Assembly (NCBI GenBank): GCA_964642765.1
Contig: CAZXRI010000002.1
Span: 1-24,208 of the forward strand
DNA from: an uncultured Methanosarcinales archaeon
GTDB lineage: Archaea > Nanobdellota > Nanobdellia > Woesearchaeales > CAZXRI01
Direction: 5' to 3'
Length of the DNA: 24,208 nt
Shown piece by piece: positions 7,901-17,400 of the stretch (the stretch's first letter is position 1; each line of letters begins with the position of its first letter). The notes beneath the pieces are model-generated. The model was not told the DNA's origin and did no database searches. It saw only the letters and a list, made by a program, of their open reading frames with translations. Made by a program: the position numbers and the translations under genes.

Positions 7901-8342
7901 TAATCTGAGGCGCACGGTTATCAACAGTAAGAGAAACATCTTTTCTGTCAACAACATAACCAGCATCATCAACAAGGAGAATTGAGAATTTAGGAGTCTT
8001 TGTCGAGAATCTTTTTTTGCCTGATTCAGGATATTTCAATGTGCATGTCTGCAAGTCTGTTCCAGAAACGCAGGCAAAGAATCCAGATGGGATTGATGCA
8101 GAATCGTATAATATAATATTCTTTGTCAAATCAGCATCTGTGTCAAGCTTTGCTGCTATCTCGAATGTAATCTGATCATTGTCGCTGATTAGGTTTTCAA
8201 ATCCATTTGAGCCAGTAACTTTCACGCTGCCTATCCTTCCTGTTGGGACAGCAGAAACAAATGATATTGACGAGAAAGAAGAAAGCAGCATGATAAATAC
8301 AAGGAAAACTCCTCTATATTTAGCAGGCATCTTTTTCATCAT
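4992..8342 (-). CDS. Large exported protein: signal peptide, Ig-like beta repeats, Cys-rich C-terminal region (1116 aa)
   Basis: N-terminal KYR + hydrophobic stretch + VSA; recurrent VDxTPP/D..GN motifs typical of Ig-like surface domains; many Cys. Confidence 0.85.
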   Translation of the reverse strand: MMKKMPAKYRGVFLVFIMLLSSFSSISFVSAVPTGRIGSVKVTGSNGFENLISDNDQITFEIAAKLDTDADLTKNIILYDSASIPSGFFACVSGTDLQTCTLKYPESGKKRFSTKTPKFSILLVDDAGYVVDRKDVSLTVDNRAPQITLFEIGGITDFEGKKISPNGNVYLNFDVADYGYNGDKNTCSGTTLVQFFLGKSADNKMIAECNEECLADSSCAITGKSVSYSHAETGDITVCAKAKDKFEKSSSEVCKTFTVDKTPPAIKKETAKLTDRNNKVISNILPGKLVPAKFSVSIDGADIDLQSITADLSEVNPSLKLVSPTTNSRNGNILTLIWEFDLMPQAEGTKKVLLSVKDIFGNAVDAANSQIDIALGKDDAGPVIKSIQSGTPSADGNIYVSSSVNLAATIEDVTGISPSDIILHIGSKTISASECTGDKTFTCKWNNADIGDLLEDTYEASIGTDSKDILGNAVKDAVTLAVILDKTKPEIKDDISILGKSDSGIGDVLKTGDIIQISAVLEEKNILSAYADFSSVIIGGNKIEIPCEFDEQENIWLCTAETPKIDRTGVIDNAKIKFTFIDGAGNKVEKEEKVSVKQTKDSPKDGQLFEMVILEDYITPIDSSIFISMAQVDYTVPIYFQLNDLGKCSEGAEAVNPVLKCDEFPNKEIFFSQNGNSYSGFAQFHITPQNIAGKESLAIGATNACFVQYNVKCGNVVYKTPEQQLLRANVFVRWDKSTDEENLQDEIDNIKDDVNGGLDKIANGIDKVANLAQGICRTRSGYKATINVISYVGAIFADCNDASAGAAGFFCGSGEASLTQAFKTTSNSYEKISNYFDTMCGFVSCQGKEGKIPILGKTVGVGKAPLCDLYRDTLLGAGGQLGENTILGKSLGTTTDADGNDVKITRGTVLAGLQQSNLEFAKKNWVFAIGCACLPGMAANIQNYRQMKCEKAVCYRDVIPTGLQTKTDCDREFRLNKCKYFTGSTIGGLTDILIQPFKALGNAFENPFATVWVLGRKGFRDVCDKDSSLGTQAVRWHGSCIPYSTMLTLETLAQTVDTWVNVKDSLKAKSTTINGQPDFCEILNKEPSDNSGSAGQSNQGNAQAADTGAAANAGTA

Positions 8343-8500
8343 ATATCCTTCAGCTCCCTCTGGATTACTTCTAAATCATAGAGCTTCTGCTCCATCAATT
8401 CACGGGCAAGCATGGATTTTTTCTTGCCCAATTTTTTTGAAACTCTCTCAAGAAGGTCATCAATTTCCTTGCTTACTGTTATTCTGATTTGGATGCTCAT
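8339..8500 (-). CDS. 53-aa ribbon-helix-helix (CopG-like) regulator, translationally coupled to the 1116-aa gene
   Basis: MSIQIRITVSKEIDDLLERVSKKLGKKKSMLARELMEQKLYDLEVIQRELKDI; GAGGT SD; TGA overlaps the next ATG (ATGA). Below the ORF-track size cutoff. Confidence 0.8.
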   Translation of the reverse strand: MSIQIRITVSKEIDDLLERVSKKLGKKKSMLARELMEQKLYDLEVIQRELKDI

Positions 8501-8540
8501 CAGGAAAACCTCTTTTGGTGTTTTTTATTTATGGCATAAG

Positions 8541-8555
8541 TATATAAACTTTTCT
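8541..8555 (-). promoter_or_regulatory. Archaeal BRE-TATA promoter for the RHH / 1116-aa operon
   Basis: Minus strand reads AGAAAAG-TTTATATA, ending 40 nt upstream of ATG 8500. Confidence 0.7.
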
Positions 8556-8559
8556 ATGA

Positions 8560-8890
8560 CTTGATTGTTAATTAGATAGACTTAATTAAGACTTTAGATA
8601 GCCTATTTAGTGTTAAAGTAAGTTATGGATATAGAGATAAACTAAGTTAGTCATTATTAGTCCTTAGAATATACTAAATTTAGTATTTATTAGGTATATT
8701 TTAAGTTAAAATCTTTTTCTGTCCCTTAGATTATTATTGAAAAGGCATTGTTTAGACTATAAAAAGCATATATTAATACTTAATTAGTACTTTAAAAATC
8801 TGTAATATATATAGTGGTAGATTTATACATTATTTAGACTAGATTATGCTTTTTGCATTTTATACTCACACACTGAAATAGAATTAGAAA
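8560..8890. other. Very AT-rich divergent intergenic region with 13 TTAG motifs on + strand and a 16-bp palindrome
   Basis: TTAG at 8572, 8594, 8607, 8647, 8657, 8664, 8680, 8690, 8726, 8752, 8784, 8834, 8884 versus 2 CTAA; ATACTAAATTTAGTAT at 8671-8686. Confidence 0.7.
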
Positions 8891-8892
8891 TA

Positions 8893-8912
8893 TTTATATA
8901 TGTATATATACA
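8893..8912 (+). promoter_or_regulatory. vapBC TATA box with adjacent palindromic candidate operator
   Basis: TTTATATA (8893-8900) immediately followed by the perfect palindrome TGTATATATACA (8901-8912). Confidence 0.55.
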
Positions 8913-8925
8913 AACACATATAAAC

Positions 8926-9090
8926 ATGACCAAAATAATCTCGCTTTCAGACAAAGCCTATGAAATCCTGAAAAACCAAAAGCAGAAAAAGGAATCATTT
9001 ACAGATGTAATTCTAAGATTATCACAGGAACAAAAATCCTCTTCGATAATTGAATTTGCAGGCATCCTGAATGAGAGGCAGAAAAAATGA
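8926..9090 (+). CDS. vapB: Archaeal VapB-type antitoxin (54 aa)
   Basis: MTKIISLSDKAYEILKNQKQKKESFTDVILRL matches the T-I-x-SD-x-AY...ESF(S/T)DVI-x-RL pattern; ATGA overlap with vapC. Missing from the ORF track. Confidence 0.85.
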   Translation: MTKIISLSDKAYEILKNQKQKKESFTDVILRLSQEQKSSSIIEFAGILNERQKK

Positions 9091-9485
9091 TGATGCTGGA
9101 TACTGACATAATAATAGAATTGCTTAAAGGAAACAAGGAAGCAATTGAAAAAGTTTCCTCGCTGAGCCAGAGCAATATCCAGCTATGCACCTCTGCAATA
9201 AACGTCCATGAAATTTTAACATCTACAAGTCCTCCTGACAAAAAAACACTAAACAGCATTCTGGATGCGCTTTCAAGCCTGAAAATATTAGAGCTTGATT
9301 TTGATTCAGCAAAAAAATCCTATGAGATATACGCAAGTTTAAAAATAAGCAATGCCAAAAACACAGATGAAAATCATCTAAGGGTTTTGGCAGCATCAAT
9401 CGCAATCACAAAAGGAATTCCTTTAATTACAAGAAACACAAAAGGATATTCAGGAATTCCAAACCTAAAGATAGAAACTTGGTAG
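9087..9485 (+). CDS. vapC: VapC PIN toxin (possibly degenerate)
   Basis: MLDTDIII, SAINVHEI, LITRNTK, IPNLKIETW. Confidence 0.85.
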   Translation: MMMLDTDIIIELLKGNKEAIEKVSSLSQSNIQLCTSAINVHEILTSTSPPDKKTLNSILDALSSLKILELDFDSAKKSYEIYASLKISNAKNTDENHLRVLAASIAITKGIPLITRNTKGYSGIPNLKIETW

Positions 9486-9501
9486 TAAAAAAAGAGGTAA
9501 G

Positions 9502-11457
9502 ATGTATCAGAACAACAGAAAATCACAGGTTACAATATTCATTATCCTCGGAGTAATCATATTAATTGCAATTGGGCTGTTCGTATATTATAGGGCTGTC
9601 CTTATACCAAAAGAAAAAACAGTTATCGAGGAAATTGCTCCTGTGAAAGACTATATTGACTCGTGCATTTCAATGATAGGAAAAGATGGATTGGACACGC
9701 TTGGATTAAACGGAGGATTTATCTATTTCCCTCCTGAGATTGATTCAAAGCCATACAGCTATCTTGCAACATCTCCTATAAAAGAGCTGAAAAATCCTTA
9801 TTGGTGGTATGATGGAATTAACAACACACCGACGCTGGAATTCATGCGGGAAGAGCTTTCAAAATATGCAAATGATAACATAAAAGAATGCCTTGGAGAC
9901 TTTGATGCATTAAATGATGATTTTGAGATAAAAGAGATGGGAGAGCTTTCTGCTGTTGCAAAAATAAATGAAAATGATGTTACATTCGACGTGAAATATC
10001 CTATTCAGATAATCAGCAGGCAGAACGCAACAAAAACAAGGATGGATAAATTCAAGATAACCCTTCCTGTCAGGTTGAAAAAAATGCACGAGCTTGCAAA
10101 TGCAATCATGGGCTCGCAATACAGGGAAGCATTCATAGAGAAAAAGGCAATGGACTTGATTGTTCTCGACAATGACATTCCAACAACAGATGTTGAAATA
10201 AGCTGCAAGAAAAAGACTTGGAATGTTGAAGAGGTAAGAAATAAACTAAAGAGACTTCTTAGCGTAAACATCCCTTACATAAGAGTCGCAAACACAAACT
10301 ATGACACAACAATTTTCGTGCCAAATCCCGACGAAAAAGATGAGACTTACAAAAATTCATATTATAATTACCATTACATCTGGTCAGCAACAGATGTGAA
10401 ATATCCTGAAACTCATGTTGGATTTACCTATGATCCAAAATGGGAAACATCATTCAGGGCTTTTCCAAGCGACGGAAGAACAATGCAATCCAATGGTCAG
10501 AAAGGAACAGAAATGTTGTCATCTTTATGCTTGCATATATGGCATTTCACTTATGATGTTGGCTTTCCTGTAAAAGTAACAATATCCGACGAGAAAACAT
10601 CGGGCCATGATGAGTACACATTTATCTTTGCATTCAAGGCATCAATAAACCACAACAAGCCAGACAGGATAAACCGCTTATCGCAAGGATACACATCTCG
10701 GGACATAATCAGGGATGAGGAGTTCTGCTCTGACACAAGCAATGACATAACAATTATTCCAGAAGATTCCGTCGAAAAAATCTCTGTTTCAGATGTGAAT
10801 GTAACTTTTATCTGCGGCGGATATGAATGTGATTTGGGAACTGTCGAGAGGGATTATAATTCAGGAGGCGAGGCATTCATGACAAAAAAAGTGCCTTACT
10901 GTGTTGCAGGCTACATCAAAACAAAAGGAGAGAATTACATTGATGCAGAAATTCCAGTGCAGACAGACAGGGAAAGAAGCTATACTGTTTCATTAACTCC
11001 GATAAGGGCTTTCCTGAATTACAAGGTTGTAAAGCATTCATTCAACAGCAACAATATCCAGAGTGCTAATTCAAATAATAATATTCCAGCTGGCACTTAT
11101 TCCGTCGGAGAAGCAGAGGAGTTTGCCTCAAATGAAAGGGCAACAATCACAGTAAGCAAAAAGGACGAGGACTTTGAGTCTTACGGAGTTTATCCTGACA
11201 ACATGTTCCCGATAAAAATCCTCGACAAGAAAGATGATGTATATGATGTCTCTGTTTATCTCCTGAGAGATGAGGAAATTGTCGGTGGCTATGTCGGAGA
11301 ATTAAATGTGCAAGCCAGCGAACTGATAAACTCCGACGAGATAATATTCCATGTTATCGAATTAAATCCGCTTCCAAAAGATGAGACAGAAAAATTCCTG
11401 TTCATAGGCGGGCTTCCGACATATTCAAAAAATGCTCCGAGCCCTGAAATAAAATAA
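9502..11457 (+). CDS. 651-aa surface protein with class III (pilin-like) signal peptide
   Basis: NRKSQ|VTIFIILGVIILIAIGLFVYY; the remainder is hydrophilic, beta-rich and contains several Cys. Confidence 0.8.
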   Translation: MYQNNRKSQVTIFIILGVIILIAIGLFVYYRAVLIPKEKTVIEEIAPVKDYIDSCISMIGKDGLDTLGLNGGFIYFPPEIDSKPYSYLATSPIKELKNPYWWYDGINNTPTLEFMREELSKYANDNIKECLGDFDALNDDFEIKEMGELSAVAKINENDVTFDVKYPIQIISRQNATKTRMDKFKITLPVRLKKMHELANAIMGSQYREAFIEKKAMDLIVLDNDIPTTDVEISCKKKTWNVEEVRNKLKRLLSVNIPYIRVANTNYDTTIFVPNPDEKDETYKNSYYNYHYIWSATDVKYPETHVGFTYDPKWETSFRAFPSDGRTMQSNGQKGTEMLSSLCLHIWHFTYDVGFPVKVTISDEKTSGHDEYTFIFAFKASINHNKPDRINRLSQGYTSRDIIRDEEFCSDTSNDITIIPEDSVEKISVSDVNVTFICGGYECDLGTVERDYNSGGEAFMTKKVPYCVAGYIKTKGENYIDAEIPVQTDRERSYTVSLTPIRAFLNYKVVKHSFNSNNIQSANSNNNIPAGTYSVGEAEEFASNERATITVSKKDEDFESYGVYPDNMFPIKILDKKDDVYDVSVYLLRDEEIVGGYVGELNVQASELINSDEIIFHVIELNPLPKDETEKFLFIGGLPTYSKNAPSPEIK

Positions 11458-11479
11458 GTCAAATGAGCAACATGAAAAA

Positions 11480-14400
11480 ATGTCCAAACAAAACAAGGCA
11501 AAAATGATTCCAGCAACAAAAATAATTCATGTAATCCTAATAGTTATCCTCATAGCGAACATAGTTCATGCTATCGACGATATTCGGATTGATATAGAAA
11601 TCCCTCAGACACACAATTCAGAAAAGCTTGATGTTTCAGGAACAACTGAAAAGTCTGCATCTGTTGTTGTGCTTGTAAATGGGATGAAACAGCAGGAAAT
11701 TTCACCTGAGAACAATCCAGACGGTAAATTCACACTAAACCTTATCCTTGCAAAAGACAGCACAAACAAAATAAAAATTACAGCAAGCAAAGAAGATAAA
11801 TCAGCAGAGAAAGAATTTGATGTAACAGTTGATACCAATTCTCCAACTCTTGTTATTGAGCCAATCAAGGATATACTTATTGAGAAAAACCTCGTCGTAA
11901 AAGGAAAAGTCAGCAAGGAAGTTACTGTTGATATTTTCCTCGGAAGAGGCAAGCTGGATAATGTCAAGCCTGCAAAAGTTTCAGGATTAAAAGTTGCTGA
12001 TTCAGAGAATAATTTAATGGACTTTGTTCACATTGAATGGAACAAGAACAGTGAAGATGACATAGACAAGTATATTATATATAGGGAAGATGTTGGAATT
12101 CTCGACACAAATCCGTCTGGAACTGTTTTTGTCAGGGACTTGAAAGTTAATTCAGACACAGAATATGTTTATCGCGTTGCTGCTCTTGATGCATCAGGAA
12201 ATGTTGGAGACAAGTCAGAGCCGCTGAAAATTAAGACTCTTGCAGGAGACAGGAAAAATATTCCAAAGCCAATTGGCCAGAAAGTATCCCAAGAGATTGA
12301 CAGGGCTGTGAAAAGCGTTAAGACAACCAATACTTTCGAGGAGGAAATTCCTCTTTCTTCAGACGGTGATTATCATATCACAATTATTGCAACAGACAAT
12401 GCAGGAAACAGGGCAATTTACAAAAAGAATTTTCTCCTTGACACAAAAGGGCCAAAGATAGAATCAATAACTCCGAGAAGCGGCTCATTTATTTATGAAT
12501 ATGCAGCAAACAGCGTCAAGATAGAAGGAGTTACAAGCCCGAATGTTGAAGTTAAGCTTTTCCTTGACAAAAATGCAGTCGAGAAATTACTTTCCACAAC
12601 ATTGACAGAGCAGCAGGCACTTTTGTATGACAAGGATGTTTACCAGAAACTAAAGGAATCCTATTCAACAAAATCCGACGATAAAGGTAGGTTTGTTTTC
12701 AACAAGGTAAATCTGCTGAATTATGTAAGCGCAAATTTTGCTCCAACTGAGGTTGATCCAAAGGATTTCAATAGAAACAATGATGATACGCAAGGCATTT
12801 CAAGGCAGAATTCTGTTGAGATTGTTATTTTGGCAGCAGATAAATTCGGCAGGTTTGACCAGAAAAGATTACATTACAGATTAGGAACATGCTGGTCAGG
12901 AAACCTTACATGGGATGTGCGTGTTCTCAGCGAATTCCAATCACCAACTTTCTTAAGCACAGAAAGGCTTGCTGAAGGAACAGAAACAATTTACTTTTAT
13001 CTTAATTTCAGCTATCTGGGAGAGTCTTCAGACGCTGGTGCAAGAATCCAAAGCCTGCAGCTCGCAAACGCATGCGATGACTTTGCCAAAGACAATCCGC
13101 GATACAACATAAGCTGCTCAATCATGAAAAATAACTGCGTTACAAAATCAAGCTCAAATAAAAGAACATGGTATGTTGCATGCCCTCTTGCTGGTGTTGA
13201 CGGAATGGACAGATGGCTGAAAGATGACTGGAAAAGCTTTGCAAAGGCTGTTCACAATGAAATGAGTTTCCCATTCAGGATAAGGATTGGATATACAGAA
13301 AGAAAGCAATCTCAGGATGCAAACGATAATACAATTGACTCAAGACAAGTCCAGACAACCTGCGACGAGGTTTCGTATGTTGTTGACAGCTCAAAGATTG
13401 ATCCAAGAAGTGTTCTGCCTGATTTCCTTCTCAGGGATTCAATCAAATGGCTCAACTCCTCGATAAAGGCAATTGACAAGGCACAGGGATATGTAAGGAC
13501 TGTCCTGAACTTCGTCGGAATAGGATGTGTTGGCTCTATATTATTCAAGTTCGGCACAACTGTTTGGAGAGAAACAACATGCAATCTCGAGGGAGTAAGA
13601 GATAGGGCTGATGCAACAATTCCAAAAAACTTGAAATGCCCTCTAACAAAAGAAGATAGAAACAAGCTTACAAATCAGGAGCTTCTTGAAAGATGTCCAA
13701 GCTGCTCAGCACAATGGGATTTTGAGTCAAAACTTTATGGTGTTTATCGAGGATTGTGCGACAGGGTTTTCTGCCACACTGCTCCTGCAAAATGGACAGA
13801 GAGCAAACCTGACGACGAATTAGTAAAAAAACAGTTTGAGATAAAAACACAATGCGGCGAAAAGGATGAAAGCCTGCAAGGACAGCCATTATTAGAGAGA
13901 AGCTGCTCAGCATGGCTCGACGAGGATTTAGACAGAGAAAAAATATCTGCACAAGGAGCAGGAGATACATGCTATCAGGCGCAGATAATCAGGGAAGATG
14001 ACGCAGCAAAATCAAAATATGGAATGGTTTTCATAAAATCAAGTGAGCAGGCATTCAGGGAATCTGGTGTTTACAAGTTCACAGCAGTTTCAAAAGTTTC
14101 AGAGAACCAAAAATCAGCCAAATCCTCAGTCGAGAAATACTATACAGATGACTTGTTTGTCAAGGAATTCAAAGGAAGGTTTATGACAGCGAGAACAGAC
14201 ATGTGCGCTGATGTGTGCAATAAAAGAGGATATACAAATTCCACATGCGGTGATTCTAATGATGCTGTCCAGCTTGAAAATCCGACTGTAGTAAGCAACA
14301 GGCAGGAAGCATATACTAAATTATTTGGAAATGGATTTAATTCTGCCGCAAAATACAAAACACTAAGAGTCGGCTATACAGCAGATTGCTTGTTTGGAAA

Positions 14401-17400
14401 TTATGAAAAAGAAAAAAGCGTAATGAGCAAGCCTCCAACAAAAGATTATACAGACGGGCTTTTGAATAAGCAGGCAAATGACCTTCCTCATGAAGACGAA
14501 TGTATTTGTGTTAATGAGGATAGTGTTGAATTAGGGAAATATTACACTGCAAAGGATGTAAGTAGCTATGAAACTGATCCAACTAAATCAAAACAACTAT
14601 TTCCTGATACTCAAGACAGCGAATATCCACCATTTGATTACAGGTATTACAAGATTAAATTTAAGGCAAAAAGTCAAGGCACTACAGAGCCAATTACATC
14701 AACAGCTAATACTGACAATATTCATGACAGATACAACCCTGCTCGATATCTCGAAGGAAGAGACCAATATGCATGCTTTGGCCAGGATGATTGGGTAAGC
14801 AAGGCACTTGGAAGAGGAGATAATACATTAACATTGGATCCGTTCAGAAGCCATACAGCAGCTTTCCAGTGTGGATGTATTTCAGGAATAAACAATCGCC
14901 TGAATACAGTTAAAAACTTAATGAGTGCAATGCAGAACTGCCTGATTACAGTCAAGGAAACAGGAACAGCAGATGCAGGAGTATGCAAGGAGCTTTTCAC
15001 CCAGCATGTCTGCGGCTTGGCATGGCAAGCAATATCATCTTTCACAAACCAATGCAATCCAGAATCATCAGAGGCGAACAGCACATACTCAGAGCCAGGC
15101 ATAAAAACTATTTTCTCACAGGGGCTTAAGTCTGTTTATACAGCATCTGAAGAAACCCAGAAAGAGATTCAGGAAGAGTATGGCAATGCCCAGCTTACAA
15201 ACCTTCTTGGATTTGGTGAAGAAGGTATCTCGAGGAAAATATGCCTTGCTGCATTTGGCTATGACTGGAATCTTGACATGGATAATATTATCGGAGCATC
15301 ATACACAACACCATACTCAACACTTGTGCTGCCTGCAACAAAGTCAAGAGAATTCCTGACCTATGATCCAAAAACATACAGTGCTGTCTATGAATACAGG
15401 TCTTCATGGCTCATTAATCCAGGATGTGATATTCGGGATTATGATGTTTACCTAAGCTGCGTTTCACAAAATGAAATGGGCAAGTATGATGGGATTGACT
15501 GCACAAAGCAGGATGATGAAACAGGAAACTGCGCATGCTTATCTGCAAATCTCGAGAAGGAACAAACCCTGAAATTTTACGACGGGAAAAGGCTCGCGCA
15601 AGGAAGCCTTGAAAATCGGGACAGGCATGAAGTAATCACATCCCAATACAAGTATGACCATCTTAAATTTGTATTAAGGCCTGATGCAAGAATAAGAGGA
15701 GCAGCAAATGTTAGGCAGGGACAAGCTGTAAGCAACCTCGCAGCAAAATGTCTTCCAGAAGGACATGAAAACGGTGTATTCTATTATCCGATAAAAGACA
15801 AGAGTGCCAGAGACTTAAAAATATGCTATGTTGATTCAAACACAGGAACATTCTCATGCCCTCAGGCTGATTTGTTTTTCGGCCAGAGAGTTACTGCATA
15901 TTTTGATGATGATGGAATGATGCTTAATGAAATCCCTCTCGGCCAGTATGGCAGGGCAAGAACATCAGCTATTGAAATCCCTGTCGGAAGCGACATAAAG
16001 CTAACATCATCTGTCTGGAAAGCGCAAGGAAAGGATGTGTGCCTGCACATTTACTCGCCTGAAAACAAGCAGATAGATTTCATGACAGGAATTAATTATG
16101 TCGGAAAATCTGAATATCCAGAGGCATATATTTCACAGGCAACAATCACCAACAACAGGATGGAATTTGTTGACCAGATTGATTATGAAATTATTAACGA
16201 CATGATTGGTGCAGGAGCAATCTCGCCTAATGCAGACATAAGCACAACAATCACATTCAGGGATTCAAACAATGACGGAGTAATTGACCTTGACTATGGC
16301 AGTGAAGATAAGGTTCATTTCACAGACAGCAAATTTATCTCAGGCATAGACGAGGAAAAGGATGGAATATCAATAGCAAAATACAAGGAATCGCAAAAGC
16401 ATGTTGACCTGACGAATAAATTAGATTTGGGAGGAGAGCCAGGGATAATAATTTACAAGCAAGACTTGAAGAAGAACGAGATGTTTATCCTAATAACATC
16501 AGTTACACTTCCAGGAGCACAAACAGGAAACCCTCAAAAATATGTCGAGAAAACATTCAGGTATCTTCCAGAGAACAGGGCTAATCAGGAGGAGAGATTT
16601 ACCTTGAATCTTGACCTTGTTCATTTAAAGTCAGACGCAGAATTTTTCACAGGGCCGGAAGATTGCAGCAAAGAGGATATTGTTGATTATCAGGACAGCG
16701 ATAAAGGCTCGAGAAGAACTTACAGCATTGTTGTTAAGAGGGAAGCTGCAAAGCCGATTATAACCAGAGAAAATAAGCTTGCAAAGGCAAAAGAATTCGC
16801 TGCTGTCCTTGGCATCGAGCAGAAAAAGATTGACAGCGCAAAAAACATGGATGAGCTTTTGAGCCTTGCTCCAAGTGCTGATGCAGAAACAGCAGAAAGA
16901 TTAATTGTGTTTTACAATGACATACTTACACTCGACGAAAGCCTTGCAAATGTTCATTTCCTGAAAGCGCTTGCAGAGGAAAAAGCTGCAGAAAAGGATC
17001 CCAGTAAAAAAGATGATGCAATTCTATCTTATGAAAAGGCAATGAGAATAGATTCCAAATATTTTATACAGAGTGTATCTTCAGGTCAAAGAATTCCAAA
17101 TGATGATTTAAAACTCCGAGCAACGTTGAAGATAATTGGATTCGTCAAGCAAAAAGATGTGCCAAGTGATGCTTTCATCAAATCAGTCCAGAGAGGTTTA
17201 GGGATAAGCCCTGTTGATGGCATTGTCGGACAGAGAACATCAGGAGAGATTAACAGAATCCTTAATGAGCTTAAGAGAATGAATGTCTTGGGCAATCCAA
17301 ATAATGTAAATCTCGAGTTAGGAAAGGATTATTATGTTATCCCTTCATACGGTAATGACATAAGCCTCAAGGAGCATTTTGCTGAATTACAGGAGAATAT

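Noticed and set aside
8179-8487. 102-aa plus-strand ORF
   Set aside because: Antisense to the RHH gene and the 1116-aa start, both better supported.
8560-8890. Definite replication origin
   Set aside because: No recognisable ORB box or adjacent orc1/cdc6; only AT-richness and short motifs.
5221-17295. Numerous 60-120 aa track ORFs nested in or antisense to the three large genes
   Set aside because: Shadow or alternate-frame ORFs without motifs or initiation signals.
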